64,000 bases of DNA from Paludibacteraceae bacterium (GCA_963668615.2 CAXXCL010000001.1:233521-297520), one strand, 5' to 3'. Positions 1 to 12,743 are shown, counted from the stretch's first letter. The notes: generated by a model from the letters alone, not told the origin. Translations and numbers: made by a program.

Positions 1-13
1 CCTTTTCATACCT

Positions 14-460
14 TTATAATTTTACAGCTTTGCCACCTGCTTTTTCTATTGCATCAACGGCAGCTTTAGAAAAGGCATGAGCCGAAACTTCTATTTTAGA
101 AGTTAACACACCATTACCTAAAACCTTAACATTATGCTTACGTGCAATAAATCCAGCTTCCAACAATTCCTCAACACCTATTTTTGAAAGCTTTCTTTCT
201 TCTGCTAATGTTTGTAATGTAGATATATTGATTGCTTTGTATTCGACACGATTGATATTGGTAAATCCAAACTTGGGTAATCTACGTTGTATTGGCATTT
301 GACCTCCCTCAAAACCAATTTTTTTAGAATAACCTGACCTAGACTTCTGTCCTTTATGTCCTTTTGTTGAAGTTCCACCTAATCCAGAACCTGTTCCACG
401 ACCAATTCTTTTGCAGGTTTTTACAGAACCTCCTGCTGGTTTTAAATTACTCAAATCCAT
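14..460 (-). CDS. rplO: 50S ribosomal protein L15
   Basis: 148-aa ORF with Gly-rich N-terminus (GRGTGSGLGGTSTKGHKGQKSRSG) typical of L15. It is the last gene of the spc-type order after L30. Confidence 0.95.
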   Translation of the reverse strand: MDLSNLKPAGGSVKTCKRIGRGTGSGLGGTSTKGHKGQKSRSGYSKKIGFEGGQMPIQRRLPKFGFTNINRVEYKAINISTLQTLAEERKLSKIGVEELLEAGFIARKHNVKVLGNGVLTSKIEVSAHAFSKAAVDAIEKAGGKAVKL

Positions 461-498
461 TTTTCGTTTCTTTATTAGTATATAAATTCAATAAAAGA

Positions 499-678
499 TT
501 ACTCTTCTACAACAAGGACTAAGTGTTTAACCTTATTTACCATCCCAAGAATTTGAGGAGTAGCTTCGTGTTCAACTACAGCATTTATTTTTCTCAATCC
601 CAAAGCATCCAACGTTCTCTTTTGATCTTTTGGACTACCTATCCTACTCTTTACTTGTTTTACTTTTATAGTTGCCAT
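499..678 (-). CDS. rpmD: 50S ribosomal protein L30
   Basis: Hand-translated 59-aa ORF below the track cut-off: [59 protein letters not shown]. It lies between rpsE and rplO as in spc operons. Confidence 0.85.
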   Translation of the reverse strand: MATIKVKQVKSRIGSPKDQKRTLDALGLRKINAVVEHEATPQILGMVNKVKHLVLVVEE

Positions 679-684
679 ATGTAT

Positions 685-1203
685 TTATCCTTTAAAAACT
701 CTCTCGATAGAGACTCCTCTATTTTGAGACACTGTGTAAACATCTCTTAACTCGCATAAAGCAGCAATTGTAGCTTTAACCAAATTGTGAGGGTTAGATG
801 AACCTTTTGATTTTGCCAAGACATCCGTTATACCAACACTTTCAAGTACAGCACGCATAGCCCCTCCCGCTTTAACTCCAGTACCAGCCGATGCTGGTTT
901 AATAAAGACTTCAGCGCCACCAAATTTAGCAAGTTGTTCATGAGGAATAGTTCCCTTATAAACAGGCACTTTAACCAAATTTTTCTTTGCAGCTTCAACT
1001 CCCTTTGCTATGGCAGTAGTTACTTCATTTGCTTTTCCTAATCCCCAGCCAACAATACCATCCTCATTGCCTACGACAACAATAGCGGAAAATGTAAATG
1101 CACGACCTCCCTTTGTAACCTTTGTTACTCTGTTGATAGCAACCAATCTATCTTTTAATTCGATATCATTAGTTGTCTTTACTATATTATTTTTACCTGC
1201 CAT
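685..1203 (-). CDS. rpsE: 30S ribosomal protein S5
   Basis: 172-aa ORF with [22 protein letters not shown], the classic S5 dsRBD region. Operon position is as expected. Confidence 0.96.
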   Translation of the reverse strand: MAGKNNIVKTTNDIELKDRLVAINRVTKVTKGGRAFTFSAIVVVGNEDGIVGWGLGKANEVTTAIAKGVEAAKKNLVKVPVYKGTIPHEQLAKFGGAEVFIKPASAGTGVKAGGAMRAVLESVGITDVLAKSKGSSNPHNLVKATIAALCELRDVYTVSQNRGVSIERVFKG

Positions 1204-1208
1204 AATTA

Positions 1209-1565
1209 TTAAAATTTGAGTCCTCCCTTACGAGCAGCTTCTGCTAATTCTTTTATTCTACCATGATACAAGAAACCATTTCTGTCAAATACAACAGCTT
1301 CAATTCCTATTTTCTTTGCTTCCCCTGCTATTAATTCTCCAACCTTCGCTGATTTTTCAGTCTTAGTCATTTTTTCTTTTATCTGTAATGAAGAAGTTGA
1401 CACTAAAGTCTTGCCTGAACCATCTAGTGCAACATCATCAATTATTTGCACATAAATTTGGCTATTACTTCTAAATACAGACATACGAGGCTTTTCAGCT
1501 GTGCCATTTATTTTATCTCTGACACCAGCTTTTATTTTTAATCTTCTTGCTATTTTTTCAGTCAT
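1209..1565 (-). CDS. rplR: 50S ribosomal protein L18
   Basis: 118-aa ORF with the [19 protein letters not shown] and [26 protein letters not shown] motifs of L18. Confidence 0.96.
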   Translation of the reverse strand: MTEKIARRLKIKAGVRDKINGTAEKPRMSVFRSNSQIYVQIIDDVALDGSGKTLVSTSSLQIKEKMTKTEKSAKVGELIAGEAKKIGIEAVVFDRNGFLYHGRIKELAEAARKGGLKF

Positions 1566-1582
1566 TATAGTACCTTTTTAAA

Positions 1583-2137
1583 TTACTTAGCACCTGCCGA
1601 TTTTCCGGCTTTTCTACGGATATGTTCTCCAACAAACTTAACACCTTTACCTTTATATGGTTCAGGTTTACGGAAAGATCGTATTTTAGCACACACTTGC
1701 CCAATTAATTGTTTATCGCATGATTCTAAAATAACAAGCGGATTTTGGTTCCTTTCACTTTTTGTATCCACCTTAATTTCAGAAGGCAATTTTAAAAAGA
1801 TATTGTGAGTATACCCTAACGAGAACTCCAACACCTGCCCATTGTTGGAAACACGATAACCAACCCCGACAAGTTCTAACGTTTTATTATACCCTTCAGA
1901 TACTCCTATCACCATATTGTTGATGAGAGATCTGTATAAGCCATGCATTGCTCTGTTTTGCCTTTCATCGTTCGGACGAACCACCCTAATAGTGTTCTCT
2001 TCAACTTCCACTCTTATTTCAGGATGAATTTCTTGCATCAATTCTCCCTTAGGACCCTTCACTGTTACAAGATTATCCTTTATTGTAATAGTAACCCCCT
2101 TGGGCAAATTAATTGGCAATTTTCCTATTCTTGACAT
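1583..2137 (-). CDS. rplF: 50S ribosomal protein L6
   Basis: 184-aa ORF starting MSRIGKLPI with PEPYKGKGVKFVGE. Operon position is as expected. Confidence 0.96.
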   Translation of the reverse strand: MSRIGKLPINLPKGVTITIKDNLVTVKGPKGELMQEIHPEIRVEVEENTIRVVRPNDERQNRAMHGLYRSLINNMVIGVSEGYNKTLELVGVGYRVSNNGQVLEFSLGYTHNIFLKLPSEIKVDTKSERNQNPLVILESCDKQLIGQVCAKIRSFRKPEPYKGKGVKFVGEHIRRKAGKSAGAK

Positions 2138-2159
2138 ATTATTTTCTCCTCAAATTTAA

Positions 2160-2555
2160 TTAATAAACATAACACAAAACTTCACCTCCGACATTCTGCT
2201 CACGAGCTTCTTTATCGGTCATTACTCCTTTTGAGGTAGAAATAATCGCTACTCCTAAACCATTCAATACACGAGGAAGATCTTTATGTCCTGTATATTT
2301 ACGCAATCCCGGAGTCGATATCCTCACTAGTTTTTTAATTGCGTTCACTTTGTTTACCGGGTCATATTTCAAAGCTATTTTAATCATGCCTTGAGGACCT
2401 TCTTCTTCAAACTTGTAATTCAAAATATAGCCTTTATCGAGCAATATTTTGGTAAGTTCTTTTTTTAAATTTGACGCAGGAACCTCCACCACTCTGTGGT
2501 TTGCTTTAATAGCATTTCTCAACCTTGTCAAATAATCTGCAATTGGATCTGTCAT
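2160..2555 (-). CDS. rpsH: 30S ribosomal protein S8
   Basis: 131-aa ORF starting [15 protein letters not shown] and ending GGEVLCYVY, typical of S8. Confidence 0.96.
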   Translation of the reverse strand: MTDPIADYLTRLRNAIKANHRVVEVPASNLKKELTKILLDKGYILNYKFEEEGPQGMIKIALKYDPVNKVNAIKKLVRISTPGLRKYTGHKDLPRVLNGLGVAIISTSKGVMTDKEAREQNVGGEVLCYVY

Positions 2556-2637
2556 ATGTTCTTTAGATTAAATTGATCTGGACTACCCAGACAATATTTA
2601 AAAATTGATGCCTTTATTTTACAGAAAACCAGTAAAA

Positions 2638-2907
2638 CTACCAACTAGCTTTCTTAACTCCTGGAATTAATCCTTTAGAAGCCATTTCACGAAACTGGAT
2701 ACGAGAAATACCGAATATCCTCATATACCCCTTTGGTCGACCCGTAAGTTTGCAACGATTGTGCAATCTAACCGGTGAAGCATTTTTGGGAATACTTTGT
2801 AACCCTTCATAATCGCCTTCTGCCTTCAATTGTGTTCTTTTTGCAGCATATTTAGCGACCATTTTTGCTCTTTTCACTTCCCGAGCTTTCATTGATTCTT
2901 TTGCCAT
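2638..2907 (-). CDS. rpsN: 30S ribosomal protein S14 (long, non-zinc type)
   Basis: 89-aa ORF ending [17 protein letters not shown]. It has a single Cys, so it is not the CxxC zinc form. Confidence 0.95.
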   Translation of the reverse strand: MAKESMKAREVKRAKMVAKYAAKRTQLKAEGDYEGLQSIPKNASPVRLHNRCKLTGRPKGYMRIFGISRIQFREMASKGLIPGVKKASW

Positions 2908-2928
2908 ATCTATTTATTATTTCCTTTA

Positions 2929-3474
2929 TTATTTTTTAAAGGGTAATCCAAATTCTTTGAGCAAAGCAAATGCTTCTTCATCTGTTTTTGCAGAAGTCAC
3001 AAAGGTAATATTCATTCCCAAGATTTTAGTAATGTTATCGATATTTATTTCAGGAAAAATGATTTGTTCTTGTATACCAAGAGTATAGTTTCCTCTTCCA
3101 TCTAACTTATTATCTATACCTTTAAAATCTCTAATACGAGGCAATGCAACACGAATAAGTCTTTCTAGAAATTCATACATTTTCTCTCTTCTCAACGTAA
3201 CCCTCACACCGATAGGCATTTTTTTACGGAGCTTGAAGTTCGAGATGTCTTTTTTAGAATATGTTGCAATGGCTTTTTGCCCTGCAATAGCAGTCATTTC
3301 ATTTATTGCTACTTCTATTATTTTCTTATCAGCGACTGCAATTCCAAGCCCTTGATTCAAAACTATTTTTTCAAGAACAGGAACCTCCATTGTCGACTTA
3401 TAACCAAACTCTTTCATCAAAGTAGGAGCAATACGCTCCGTGTAATCCTTTTTAAGGCTTGCTGTATTACTCAT
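2929..3474 (-). CDS. rplE: 50S ribosomal protein L5
   Basis: 181-aa ORF with [10 protein letters not shown] and [18 protein letters not shown]. Confidence 0.96.
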   Translation of the reverse strand: MSNTASLKKDYTERIAPTLMKEFGYKSTMEVPVLEKIVLNQGLGIAVADKKIIEVAINEMTAIAGQKAIATYSKKDISNFKLRKKMPIGVRVTLRREKMYEFLERLIRVALPRIRDFKGIDNKLDGRGNYTLGIQEQIIFPEINIDNITKILGMNITFVTSAKTDEEAFALLKEFGLPFKK

Positions 3475-3788
3475 TGTTTAATTTCCTCCCCTGTTTTTTT
3501 TGCATAACGCACTAATTTTTCATCTACGACTTTGCGTCCAACACGTGTAGGCTTATCACCTTTCACAACAGGATTCAAATTCGAGATATGAATAGATGCC
3601 TCCTTCTTCACGATCCCACCTTGAGGACTCTTTGAATTAGGTTTGGTGTGCTTTGACACCAGATTAACACCCTCTACGATAGCTCTCTGTTTGTCTATTA
3701 CAACTTCGAGCACGCGACCAACTGCACCTTTATCATCGCCCGCATTCACGTAAACAGTATCTCCTTTTTTTATGTGTAATTTACTCAT
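3471..3788 (-). CDS. rplX: 50S ribosomal protein L24
   Basis: 105-aa ORF with a KOW-like [25 protein letters not shown]. It overlaps rplE by 4 nt. Confidence 0.95.
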   Translation of the reverse strand: MSKLHIKKGDTVYVNAGDDKGAVGRVLEVVIDKQRAIVEGVNLVSKHTKPNSKSPQGGIVKKEASIHISNLNPVVKGDKPTRVGRKVVDEKLVRYAKKTGEEIKQ

Positions 3789-3809
3789 TTCTTAAATATT
3801 TTCGAAGGG

Positions 3810-4175
3810 TTAAAGCACTTCCGGTGCAAGGGAAACTATTTTCATATTAGCTACACGTAATTCTCTAGCAACAGGTCCAAAAATACGACTTCCTCTCATT
3901 TCTCCAGCCCCATTAAGAAGAACACACGCATTATCGTCAAAACGGATGTAAGAACCATCTTGACGCCTAACTTCTTTTTTCGTACGTACTATAATAGCTT
4001 TTGAAACAGCACCTTTTTTAACATCACTTGAGGGTATCACAGATTTAACTGCTACAACAATAATGTCCCCCACTGTTGCATATCTTTTCCCCGTTCCGCC
4101 CAAAACACGAATACAAAGTACTTCTTTTGCACCACTATTGTCTGCTACGATAAGTCTACTTTCTTGTTGTATCAT
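3810..4175 (-). CDS. rplN: 50S ribosomal protein L14
   Basis: 121-aa ORF starting [19 protein letters not shown], the canonical L14 N-terminus. Confidence 0.97.
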   Translation of the reverse strand: MIQQESRLIVADNSGAKEVLCIRVLGGTGKRYATVGDIIVVAVKSVIPSSDVKKGAVSKAIIVRTKKEVRRQDGSYIRFDDNACVLLNGAGEMRGSRIFGPVARELRVANMKIVSLAPEVL

Positions 4176-4176
4176 C

Positions 4177-4428
4177 TTATTTCGCTCTTTCGATTATTTC
4201 TACTAATCTCCATCTTTTAAGCTTGCTTAATGGACGGGTTTCCATAATTTTCACAGTATCACCAATACTACACTCATTCTTTTCATCATGAGCATGGTAT
4301 TTCTTTGTTTTACTTACGAACTTGCCGTAAATAGGGTGTTTTTCTTTCCATTTGATAGCAACAGTTATTGTTTTATCCATTTTATTGCTATAAACTACGC
4401 CTTGTCTTTCTTTTCTTAAATTTCTCAT
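4177..4428 (-). CDS. rpsQ: 30S ribosomal protein S17
   Basis: 83-aa ORF with [31 protein letters not shown]. Confidence 0.95.
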   Translation of the reverse strand: MRNLRKERQGVVYSNKMDKTITVAIKWKEKHPIYGKFVSKTKKYHAHDEKNECSIGDTVKIMETRPLSKLKRWRLVEIIERAK

Positions 4429-4439
4429 ATCAGGCTGAA

Positions 4440-4640
4440 TTAATTTTCTTTGTTGATTTCTCTTGCACGCAATTCAGTTTGGAGACGAGCAATTGTTTTA
4501 CGGACTTCTTTAATTTGATTCGGATTATCAAGAGGAGTAATACTGTGCCCCAACTTAAGTTGAGCCAACTGTACCTTTTCTCCTTCGATTCTTTCGATAA
4601 TTTCTTTACTAGATAATTCCTTTACTTCTGATGTTTTCAT
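4440..4640 (-). CDS. rpmC: 50S ribosomal protein L29
   Basis: 66-aa helical ORF located between rplP and rpsQ. Confidence 0.9.
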   Translation of the reverse strand: MKTSEVKELSSKEIIERIEGEKVQLAQLKLGHSITPLDNPNQIKEVRKTIARLQTELRAREINKEN

Positions 4641-4646
4641 ACTACA

Positions 4647-5081
4647 TTACGCATTTTGAGATTCATAATCGTAATCACGTCTCGTTACAAACTTTGTAGT
4701 AACGGGGAGTTTCTGTGCAGCTAAACGCAATGCCTCTTTTGCAATATCAAAGGAAACCCCCTCCACTTCAATAATCATTCGACCAGGAGTAACAGGAGCG
4801 ACAAAACCCTCCGGAGATCCCTTTCCTTTACCCATACGTACTTCTGCTGGTTTCTTTGTAATCGGCTTATCTGGAAATATACGTATCCAAATTTGTCCTT
4901 GTCTCTGCATATAACGAGTTACCGCAATACGAGCAGCTTCTATTTGTCTTCCTGTAATCCACTTGGATTCTAAAGATTTTATTCCGAAAGAACCGAATGC
5001 CAACTGATTACCTCTTTGGGCATTACCCTTCATCCGGCCTTTCTGCTGTCTTCTGAACTTTGTTTTTTTAGGTTGTAACAT
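4647..5081 (-). CDS. rplP: 50S ribosomal protein L16
   Basis: 144-aa ORF starting [19 protein letters not shown] with [16 protein letters not shown]. Confidence 0.97.
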   Translation of the reverse strand: MLQPKKTKFRRQQKGRMKGNAQRGNQLAFGSFGIKSLESKWITGRQIEAARIAVTRYMQRQGQIWIRIFPDKPITKKPAEVRMGKGKGSPEGFVAPVTPGRMIIEVEGVSFDIAKEALRLAAQKLPVTTKFVTRRDYDYESQNA

Positions 5082-5110
5082 GTTTTCCTTAAGTAAAATT
5101 CGTTAACGGA

Positions 5111-5848
5111 TTATTTTCTTCTCTTTTTAAAGCCTTTGGCTCCATTATCATTACGGTTTCCACCAGCAACTTGTTGGCGACCACCCTCTTTTAAAACAGC
5201 AAATTGTGGCGTCAAATCTCTCTTTCCATAAACTTCACCACGACAAATCCATACTTTTACACCAATAAGACCTACTTTTGTTAAAGCTTCTGCATGAGCA
5301 TAATCAATATCGGCTCTGAAAGTATGAAGAGGGGTTCTTCCTTCTTTATACATCTCAGAACGAGCCATTTCTGCACCATTCAACCGTCCCGATACCTGCA
5401 CTTTAATACCTTCAGCACCAACACGCATCGTAGAAGCAATTGCCATCTTGGTTGCACGTCTGTAAGCAATTTTGCCTTCTATCTGACGGGCTATATTATT
5501 AGCTACGATAACAGCATCTATTTCCGGTTTTTTTACCTCGAAAATATTTATCTGAACATCTTTGTCGGTAACTTTTTTCAACTCCTCCTTTAACTTATCG
5601 ACTTCTTGACCTCCCTTTCCTATGATTATACCTGGACGAGCTGTACAGACAGTAATCGTTACGAGCTTCAATGTACGTTCTATAATAATACGAGATACAC
5701 TTGCTTTTGCAAGACGAGCATCTAAATACTTCCTGATTTTAGAGTCCTCAAGTATTGTATCACCATAGTTCTTACCACCATACCAATTGGAATCCCAACC
5801 TCTGATGATTCCTAAACGGTTACTTATTGGATTTACTTTTTGTCCCAT
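5111..5848 (-). CDS. rpsC: 30S ribosomal protein S3
   Basis: 245-aa ORF starting [23 protein letters not shown], with a KH domain GKGGQEV. Confidence 0.97.
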   Translation of the reverse strand: MGQKVNPISNRLGIIRGWDSNWYGGKNYGDTILEDSKIRKYLDARLAKASVSRIIIERTLKLVTITVCTARPGIIIGKGGQEVDKLKEELKKVTDKDVQINIFEVKKPEIDAVIVANNIARQIEGKIAYRRATKMAIASTMRVGAEGIKVQVSGRLNGAEMARSEMYKEGRTPLHTFRADIDYAHAEALTKVGLIGVKVWICRGEVYGKRDLTPQFAVLKEGGRQQVAGGNRNDNGAKGFKKRRK

Positions 5849-5854
5849 CTAACA

Positions 5855-6265
5855 TTAATTTTTAGTATCGTTAGTATTCACACTGTCTACATATATGGTT
5901 ATGTGATTCGAACGCTTACGAATTCTATAACCTCTTCCCTGCGGAGCAGGACGAAGACGTTTCAACATTCTCCCCGAATCCACATGAACTGCACTTACTA
6001 CTAAATTTGCATCTTCAGCTTTTTGCTCGGTTTTTTGTTCCCAATTAGCGATTGCAGAACGAAGTAGTTTTTCCATACTTCCAGCAGCTTCCTTTGTAGA
6101 GAACTTTAGTAAGCCAAGTGCCCTATAAACTTCTACACCTCTAATCATATCCGCAACAAGACGCATTTTACGAGGAGAAGTAGGTACATTTCTTAGCTTA
6201 GCATAGTGAAGATCCTTCTTTGCATCTTTCTTTTCTTCTGCTGATATTTTTTTTCTAGCACCCAT
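5855..6265 (-). CDS. rplV: 50S ribosomal protein L22
   Basis: 136-aa ORF with [14 protein letters not shown] and [20 protein letters not shown]. Confidence 0.95.
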   Translation of the reverse strand: MGARKKISAEEKKDAKKDLHYAKLRNVPTSPRKMRLVADMIRGVEVYRALGLLKFSTKEAAGSMEKLLRSAIANWEQKTEQKAEDANLVVSAVHVDSGRMLKRLRPAPQGRGYRIRKRSNHITIYVDSVNTNDTKN

Positions 6266-6308
6266 TTTATTTTATTTTTATTTCCTAATTTTTACAACAA
6301 CGGATAAT

Positions 6309-6578
6309 TTACTTTTTCTTATTCCCTCCATGTCCTCTGAATACACGCGTTGGTGAAAACTCCCCAAGTTTATGACCTACCATGTTTTCTGTAACATACA
6401 CAGGTATAAATTTGTTACCGTTGTGAACTGCAATTGTATGACCGACGAAATCAGGTGATATCATCGAAGCTCTTGCCCATGTTTTAATGACATTTTTTTT
6501 GTTAACCTCATTTAGGGCTGCTACCTTTTTATCAAGTTTTACATTGATATACGGTCCTTTTTTTAATGAACGACTCAT
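6309..6578 (-). CDS. rpsS: 30S ribosomal protein S19
   Basis: 89-aa ORF starting [11 protein letters not shown] with [27 protein letters not shown]. Confidence 0.97.
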   Translation of the reverse strand: MSRSLKKGPYINVKLDKKVAALNEVNKKNVIKTWARASMISPDFVGHTIAVHNGNKFIPVYVTENMVGHKLGEFSPTRVFRGHGGNKKK

Positions 6579-6602
6579 GTTACTTCTCTTAAATTAATCA
6601 AA

Positions 6603-7427
6603 TTACTTTTTCTTTCTCTCGATGATATATTTACTTGAAGCTTTTTTAGGAGCACGCGTTTTATACCCTTTAGCCAACAAACCTTTACGAGATCTAGGAT
6701 GTCCTCCTGAAGCACGACCTTCTCCTCCTCCCATTGGGTGATCCACGGGATTCATGACCACACCTCTTACACGAGGACGACGCCCTAACCATCTAGAACG
6801 ACCGGCTTTTCCTGAACGTTCCAATGCATGATCCGAATTGCCGACACTTCCAATAGTAGCCTTACAAGTACAAAGAACCATCCTCGTTTCTCCAGAAGGC
6901 AATTTAATAATTACATATTTGTCTTCCCTTGAAGTTACTTGAGCGAATGTTCCAGCAGAACGAACCAAAGCGGCACCCTGTCCAGGTTTTAATTCTACGT
7001 TATGAACAATTGTTCCCAATGGAATATTTTGTAATGGCAAAGCATTACCTATTTCAGGAGCAGCATCAACACCCGACAAAACCGTTTGTCCTACTTGCAA
7101 GCCATTAGGAGCAATAATGTATCGTTTTTCCCCATCAGCATAGAAAAGTAATGCAATACGAGCCGAACGATTGGGATCATATTCAACTGTTTTCACTACT
7201 GCAGGAACACCATCTTTTTCTCTTTTAAAATCAATTACTCTATATTTTCTCTTACTTCCACCTCCGATGTAACGCATGGTCATTTTACCATCATTGTTAC
7301 GTCCACCAGATCTGTTTATACCAAAAATAAGAGATTTCTCTGGAGCACTTGCAGTAATTGTGTCAAATGTTCCAATAACTTTATGTCTCTGCCCCGGTGT
7401 TGTGGGGTTTAATTTACGTACAGCCAT
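6603..7427 (-). CDS. rplB: 50S ribosomal protein L2
   Basis: 274-aa ORF with [24 protein letters not shown]. Confidence 0.97.
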   Translation of the reverse strand: MAVRKLNPTTPGQRHKVIGTFDTITASAPEKSLIFGINRSGGRNNDGKMTMRYIGGGSKRKYRVIDFKREKDGVPAVVKTVEYDPNRSARIALLFYADGEKRYIIAPNGLQVGQTVLSGVDAAPEIGNALPLQNIPLGTIVHNVELKPGQGAALVRSAGTFAQVTSREDKYVIIKLPSGETRMVLCTCKATIGSVGNSDHALERSGKAGRSRWLGRRPRVRGVVMNPVDHPMGGGEGRASGGHPRSRKGLLAKGYKTRAPKKASSKYIIERKKK

Positions 7428-7436
7428 TTTCTTTTA

Positions 7437-7727
7437 TTAGATGTTGCTATAATAATCTATTGTATCGCCTTCTTTCAATGTAACAACAGCTTTCTTGTAG
7501 TCAGAAGTCTTCCCAGAAACAATTCCACTTTTCGTAAAACGAGATTTATTCTTTCCCTTATGATTAAGCGTATTAACTGCTTCTACCGTTACATTATACA
7601 TTTTCTCAACAGCTTGACTAATTTGAAGCTTGTTTGCATCTTTATTCACTTTGAATGCATAACGATTGAGTTTATCTGTAAGTTTGGTTACTTTCTCAGT
7701 AACTATGGGTTTAATTATAATTTCCAT
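7437..7727 (-). CDS. rplW: 50S ribosomal protein L23
   Basis: 96-aa ORF located between rplB and rplD, with an L23-like KPIVTEK start. Confidence 0.92.
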   Translation of the reverse strand: MEIIIKPIVTEKVTKLTDKLNRYAFKVNKDANKLQISQAVEKMYNVTVEAVNTLNHKGKNKSRFTKSGIVSGKTSDYKKAVVTLKEGDTIDYYSNI

Positions 7728-7739
7728 ATTCCTAAACTC

Positions 7740-8369
7740 CTATGCATTAAAGTTTTTGACTAAATTTTCCACTGCCTTTTCCGTCAGCATCAAATACTGA
7801 GCATCTAAAATTTTATAAGTGTTTAATTCTGAAAGAATTATCACACTTGCTTTTTCCAAATTTCGAGCCGACAAATATACACTTTTATTTGATTCAGGTA
7901 AAACTAAAAGTGATTTTTTATTATCTACTTTTAGTTTTTTTGTTAAGCCTATATATTCTTTTGTTTTGGGAGTTTCAAAAGAGAAATCTTCCAATACAAT
8001 CAAACTACCATTTTGCACCTTGTAAGAAAGGGCTGATTTTCTAGCTAATTGCTTAACTTTCTTATTTAACTTGAAGCTATAATCTCTTGGAGTTGGACCA
8101 AAAACACGACCTCCACCTACACGTACCGGTGATTTAATATCACCAGGACGAGCACCGCCGCCACCTTTTTGTTTTCCTAACTTACGAGTACTTCCTGCCA
8201 ATTCACTTCTTCCTTTTGATTTGTGAGTTCCCTGACGCTTATTTGCCATATATTGCTTTACATCTAAATAAATGGCATGATCATTTGGCTCAACTCCGAA
8301 AATTGTTTCGTCTAACGAAACTTTTCTTCCGGTATCTTTTCCTTCTATATTATAAATATTTAGTTCCAT
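7740..8369 (-). CDS. rplD: 50S ribosomal protein L4
   Basis: 209-aa ORF with [31 protein letters not shown]. Confidence 0.95.
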   Translation of the reverse strand: MELNIYNIEGKDTGRKVSLDETIFGVEPNDHAIYLDVKQYMANKRQGTHKSKGRSELAGSTRKLGKQKGGGGARPGDIKSPVRVGGGRVFGPTPRDYSFKLNKKVKQLARKSALSYKVQNGSLIVLEDFSFETPKTKEYIGLTKKLKVDNKKSLLVLPESNKSVYLSARNLEKASVIILSELNTYKILDAQYLMLTEKAVENLVKNFNA

Positions 8370-8986
8370 TATTTATTAACAATTACGATTGAACCTTTAG
8401 CCCCTGGAACCGACCCTTTAACAAGAATGAGGTTATTTTCAGGAATTACTTTTAACACTTGAAGGTTTTGTACTGTAACTTGATCCCCCCCCATACGACC
8501 AGCCATTCTCATACCTTTGAACACTTTAGCCGGATAAGAACAAGCTCCTATAGAACCTGGTGCTCTTAAACGATTATGTTGTCCATGAGTCGCCTGCCCA
8601 ACACCGCCAAAACCATGGCGTTTTACCACACCTTGAAAGCCTTTACCTTTTGATGTACCGATCACATCTGCCCAAATAGTATCTGAGAACAAATCTACGG
8701 TAAATACATCTCCTAGTTTCACTTCGCCTTCAATTCCCTTGAACTCAACCAAGTGTCTTTGTGGAGCCACATTTGCTTTCTTGAAGTGACCTAATTCAGG
8801 CTTATTTGCAGCTTTTTCCTTTTTTTCGGAAAAACCTACTTGAATAGCTTCATAGCCATCTTTTTCAAGAGTTTTAATTTGTGTAACAACACAAGGACCA
8901 GCTTCAATAACAGTGCATGGAACATTTTTCCCATCAGCACTGAAAACGGATGTCATTCCGATTTTTTTCCCAATTAATCCTGGCAT
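8369..8986 (-). CDS. rplC: 50S ribosomal protein L3
   Basis: 205-aa ORF starting [15 protein letters not shown] with [15 protein letters not shown]. Confidence 0.97.
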   Translation of the reverse strand: MPGLIGKKIGMTSVFSADGKNVPCTVIEAGPCVVTQIKTLEKDGYEAIQVGFSEKKEKAANKPELGHFKKANVAPQRHLVEFKGIEGEVKLGDVFTVDLFSDTIWADVIGTSKGKGFQGVVKRHGFGGVGQATHGQHNRLRAPGSIGACSYPAKVFKGMRMAGRMGGDQVTVQNLQVLKVIPENNLILVKGSVPGAKGSIVIVNK

Positions 8987-9043
8987 TTCAATTTAATTTA
9001 TTAATTACTAGTTGTAAAAAAATACGATTTTTTACTTTATCTA

Positions 9044-9349
9044 TCACACTTTAATTTCTACTTCTACGCCACTTGGCAACTCCAATTTCATAAGAGCATC
9101 GACAGTTTTCGCTGTAGAACTATAGATATCTATCAATCTTTTATAAGAAGATAGCTGAAATTGCTCTCTCGATTTTTTGTTTACGAAAGTAGATCTGTTC
9201 ACAGTGAAGATACGTTTGTGAGTTGGAAGTGGGATTGGTCCACTTACTACTGCTCCTGTAGCTTTTACTGTTTTTACAATTTTCTCAGCTGATTTATCAA
9301 CTAAATTGTAATCATAAGATTTTAACTTGATTCTAATTTTTTGACTCAT
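9044..9349 (-). CDS. rpsJ: 30S ribosomal protein S10
   Basis: 101-aa ORF starting [13 protein letters not shown] and ending [11 protein letters not shown]. Confidence 0.97.
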   Translation of the reverse strand: MSQKIRIKLKSYDYNLVDKSAEKIVKTVKATGAVVSGPIPLPTHKRIFTVNRSTFVNKKSREQFQLSSYKRLIDIYSSTAKTVDALMKLELPSGVEVEIKV

Positions 9350-9420
9350 TGTCTTTATTTATTTTATTATTTGAAAGAAAAGATGTATTAAGAATCATTT
9401 ACTAATCCATCTTCTATATT

Positions 9421-11538
9421 TTACAATAATTCGACTTTACCTTTTGCTTCAGCTACAACAGTTTTGGCTATAGCATTAGAAACTTCTGCATAATGAGAAA
9501 ATTCCATTGAGGAAGTTGCCCTACCTGAAGATATTGTACGCAAAGAAGTAACATATCCAAAAGTCTCTGCCAATGGCACTTTCGCCTTTACAATACGAGC
9601 ACCAGTTCTGCTAGATTCCATACCTTCTACTTGTCCACGACGTTTATTGAGGTCACCTATTACGTCACCCATACTTTCCTCAGGGGTAATAACTTCCATT
9701 TTCATAATCGGTTCAAGAAGAACAGGCTTTGCTTTTGCACAAGCATTTTTAAATGCTATTTGAGCACAAATTTCGAAAGAAAGTTGGTCAGAGTCAACGG
9801 GATGATAAGATCCATCAACCACAACAACTTTCAATTTATCTACTGGATAACCTGCTAAAACTCCATTTCTCATAGCAGCGTTGAATCCTTTTTGAATGGA
9901 TGGAATAAATTCTTTAGGAATATTACCACCTTTGACTTCATCTACGAATTGTAAAGTTCCCTCGAAACCTGCGTCAACTGGACCGACACGAAGAATCATA
10001 TCAGCAAACTTACCACGACCTCCCGATTGCTTTTTGTATACTTCTCGAAGTTCAACCGTTTGAGTAATTGCCTCCTTGTAGGACACTTGAGGACGCCCTT
10101 GATTACACTCAACTTTAAATTCTCTTTTCAAACGGTCTATAATAATCTCCAAGTGAAGTTCACCCATACCACTGATAATGGTTTGACCTGACTGTTCGTC
10201 AGTCTTAACAGTAAATGTGGGATCCTCCTCTGCTAGTTTAGATAAACCATTACCTAATTTGTCTAGATCTTTTTGGGTTTTCGGTTCAATAGCAATACCG
10301 ATAACTGGAGCAGGAAAATCCATTGATTCAAGTGTCACTGCATGATCTTCATCACAAAGAGTATCTCCTGTACGAATATCTTTAAATCCGACACCTGCAC
10401 CTATGTCTCCAGCACTAATTATCTCAACAGGATTTTGCTTATTTGAATGCATTTGGAAAAGCCGCGAAATACGTTCTTTCTTTCCAGAACGAGTATTGAA
10501 GATATATGATCCCGCATCAATTTTTCCAGAATAAACACGGAAGAAACACAAACGTCCTACGTACGGGTCTGTAGCAATCTTAAATGCCAATGCACATAAG
10601 GGCTCACTTGCGTCCGGATGACGAACAACTTGTTTATCGGGATAATCAACATCATGCCCAATAATTTCAGGAGTATCAAGAGGACTGGGTAAATATGCAC
10701 ATACAGCATCCAACATTGTTTGGACTCCTTTGTTTTTGAAAGAAGACCCACAAATCATTGGGTTAATTTGCATGCTCAACGTTCCCTTTCGAATAGCCGA
10801 TTTAATTTCATCCTGAGTTATTGTAGAAGGATCGTCAAAGAATTTTTGCATTAAAACATCATCAAATTCTGCTACTGCCTCAAGCATTTTTTCTCTCCAC
10901 TCTTTAGCTTCAGCAAGAAGATCTGCAGGAATTTCTTCGACAGAATATTCGGCTCCCATTGTCTCATCATGCCAAAAAATAGCTTTCATTGCAACAAGGT
11001 CAACAACTCCTTTAAATTTTTCTTCTGCTCCAATAGGAATTTGGATTGCACATGGGTTAGCACCAAGCACTTCTTTTACCTGACGAACAACATCATAAAA
11101 ATCGGCACCGGAACGGTCCATTTTGTTGACATATCCGATACGAGGCACATTATATTTATCCGCCTGACGCCATACTGTTTCAGATTGAGGTTCTACACCT
11201 CCTACTGCACAAAAAGTAGCAACAGCACCATCAAGAATACGCAAAGAACGCTCTACCTCGACAGTGAAATCGACGTGTCCCGGAGTATCTATTAGATTTA
11301 TCTTATATTTATTATCTTTGTAACTCCACCAAGTCGTAGTAGCTGCAGATGTAATGGTTATACCTCTTTCTTGTTCTTGTTCCATCCAGTCCATAGTAGC
11401 AGCACCATCGTGCACCTCACCTATTTTATGTGTAAGTCCTGTATAAAATAAGATACGCTCAGAAGTAGTAGTCTTACCAGCATCAATGTGAGCCATGATA
11501 CCAATATTCCGAGTATATGTTAAATCTCCTTTTGCCAT
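9421..11538 (-). CDS. fusA: Translation elongation factor G
   Basis: 705-aa ORF with GTPase motifs [14 protein letters not shown] and NKMD, and EF-G domain IV/V sequences. Confidence 0.97.
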   Translation of the reverse strand: MAKGDLTYTRNIGIMAHIDAGKTTTSERILFYTGLTHKIGEVHDGAATMDWMEQEQERGITITSAATTTWWSYKDNKYKINLIDTPGHVDFTVEVERSLRILDGAVATFCAVGGVEPQSETVWRQADKYNVPRIGYVNKMDRSGADFYDVVRQVKEVLGANPCAIQIPIGAEEKFKGVVDLVAMKAIFWHDETMGAEYSVEEIPADLLAEAKEWREKMLEAVAEFDDVLMQKFFDDPSTITQDEIKSAIRKGTLSMQINPMICGSSFKNKGVQTMLDAVCAYLPSPLDTPEIIGHDVDYPDKQVVRHPDASEPLCALAFKIATDPYVGRLCFFRVYSGKIDAGSYIFNTRSGKKERISRLFQMHSNKQNPVEIISAGDIGAGVGFKDIRTGDTLCDEDHAVTLESMDFPAPVIGIAIEPKTQKDLDKLGNGLSKLAEEDPTFTVKTDEQSGQTIISGMGELHLEIIIDRLKREFKVECNQGRPQVSYKEAITQTVELREVYKKQSGGRGKFADMILRVGPVDAGFEGTLQFVDEVKGGNIPKEFIPSIQKGFNAAMRNGVLAGYPVDKLKVVVVDGSYHPVDSDQLSFEICAQIAFKNACAKAKPVLLEPIMKMEVITPEESMGDVIGDLNKRRGQVEGMESSRTGARIVKAKVPLAETFGYVTSLRTISSGRATSSMEFSHYAEVSNAIAKTVVAEAKGKVELL

Positions 11539-11570
11539 TTTTAAATTCTCCTTAATTATTCATTTTCAAT

Positions 11571-12047
11571 TTAGAAACGGAAGTGTGCAAATGCACGATT
11601 AGCTTCTGCCATACGATGCATATCCTCCTTGCGTTTAAATGCAGCACCTTGCAAATTGTATGCATCTACAATTTCAGCAGCTAATTTATCCGCCATTGTC
11701 TTGCCTCCTCTCTTGCGAGAATAGAGGATTAAATTTTTCATTGAAATGGATTCTTTTCGTTCTGGACGAATTTCGGTAGGAACTTGGAATGTAGCACCAC
11801 CAATACGGCGCGACTTAACTTCTACCTGAGGGGTTATATTCTCTAAGGCTTTTTTCCAGATATCAAGTATGTTTTTATCTTCGTTCTGCAGCTTCGCCTT
11901 TACATTGTCAAGAGCAGTGTAAAATATAGTATAAGCAACAGTTTTTTTACCGTCATACATTAAATGGTTCACAAATCTTGTGACCATCACATCTCCGAAA
12001 ATAGGATCTGGTAAAACAATCCTTTTTTTAGGTTTTGCTTTTCTCAT
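11571..12047 (-). CDS. rpsG: 30S ribosomal protein S7
   Basis: 158-aa ORF with [11 protein letters not shown] and an [11 protein letters not shown]-terminus. Confidence 0.97.
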   Translation of the reverse strand: MRKAKPKKRIVLPDPIFGDVMVTRFVNHLMYDGKKTVAYTIFYTALDNVKAKLQNEDKNILDIWKKALENITPQVEVKSRRIGGATFQVPTEIRPERKESISMKNLILYSRKRGGKTMADKLAAEIVDAYNLQGAAFKRKEDMHRMAEANRAFAHFRF

Positions 12048-12182
12048 TTTGATTCAAAATTTTCCGTTTTGTCTTTGGTTGCTATTGTCTTCAATAAATT
12101 CCTCTGAACTTATTTACTCAACCCATAAAGCGTTATCCAAAATACTCAACAGCATTAATTAAACTGTTATTTTTTATTGAAA

Positions 12183-12590
12183 TTATTTTTTCTTTTTATC
12201 AGTCGTTGCAGGTTGACCCGGTTTTGGGCGTTTTGCTCCGTATTTAGAACGTCTTTGTTTACGTCCGTTAACCCCAGCTGTATCCAATGTGCCACGAACG
12301 ATGTGATAACGAACCCCCGGTAAATCCTTAACACGACCACCACGAATGAGAACAATTGAGTGTTCTTGTAAGTTATGACCTTCTCCCGGAATGTAAGAGT
12401 TTACTTCTTTTTGATTTGTTAAACGTACCCTCGCTACCTTACGCAAAGCCGAGTTAGGTTTTTTAGGGGTTGTTGTATAAACCCTTACGCAAACACCACG
12501 ACGTTGAGGACAAGAATCCAATGCAGGAGACTTACTATTGTCGACTTGTTTGGCCCTTCCTTTTCTTACTAATTGCTGAATTGTAGGCAT
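12183..12590 (-). CDS. rpsL: 30S ribosomal protein S12
   Basis: 135-aa ORF starting [12 protein letters not shown] with [16 protein letters not shown]. Confidence 0.97.
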   Translation of the reverse strand: MPTIQQLVRKGRAKQVDNSKSPALDSCPQRRGVCVRVYTTTPKKPNSALRKVARVRLTNQKEVNSYIPGEGHNLQEHSIVLIRGGRVKDLPGVRYHIVRGTLDTAGVNGRKQRRSKYGAKRPKPGQPATTDKKKK

Positions 12591-12656
12591 TTTCTATCTT
12601 TTTTATTATAAATTATTTTGTTCGTTTTTTCGACCTTTTTCCGTAAATTCGGGTTG

Positions 12657-12664
12657 CAAAGATA
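12657..12664 (-). promoter_or_regulatory. Putative Bacteroidota -7 box (TATCTTTG) for the rpsL operon
   Basis: The reverse complement of caaagata matches the TAnnTTTG consensus. An ATTG lies 19 nt upstream on the minus strand, and the box is about 65 nt upstream of the rpsL ATG. Confidence 0.45.
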
Positions 12665-12743
12665 GGAAAAGTTTTCAACAAAACAATGTTTCTTGAATAA
12701 AAAAAATTTTATTTTATATTATTTTCTATAGGAGAGAGGGGCT

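Noticed and set aside
1-13. cat at 6-8 could be the ATG of a minus-strand secY, which normally follows rplO.
   Set aside because: Only 8 nt of the putative gene are in the window, so this cannot be supported.
523-12355. Many 60-110-aa ORFs on the opposite strand or in alternative frames of the ribosomal protein/EF-G genes (e.g. 523-750, 1010-1219, 1943-2134, 3277-3507, 5294-5593, 10969-11295, 12167-12355).
   Set aside because: All lie entirely within strongly supported conserved genes and have low-complexity, Phe/Ile/Leu-rich translations typical of shadow ORFs in AT-rich DNA.
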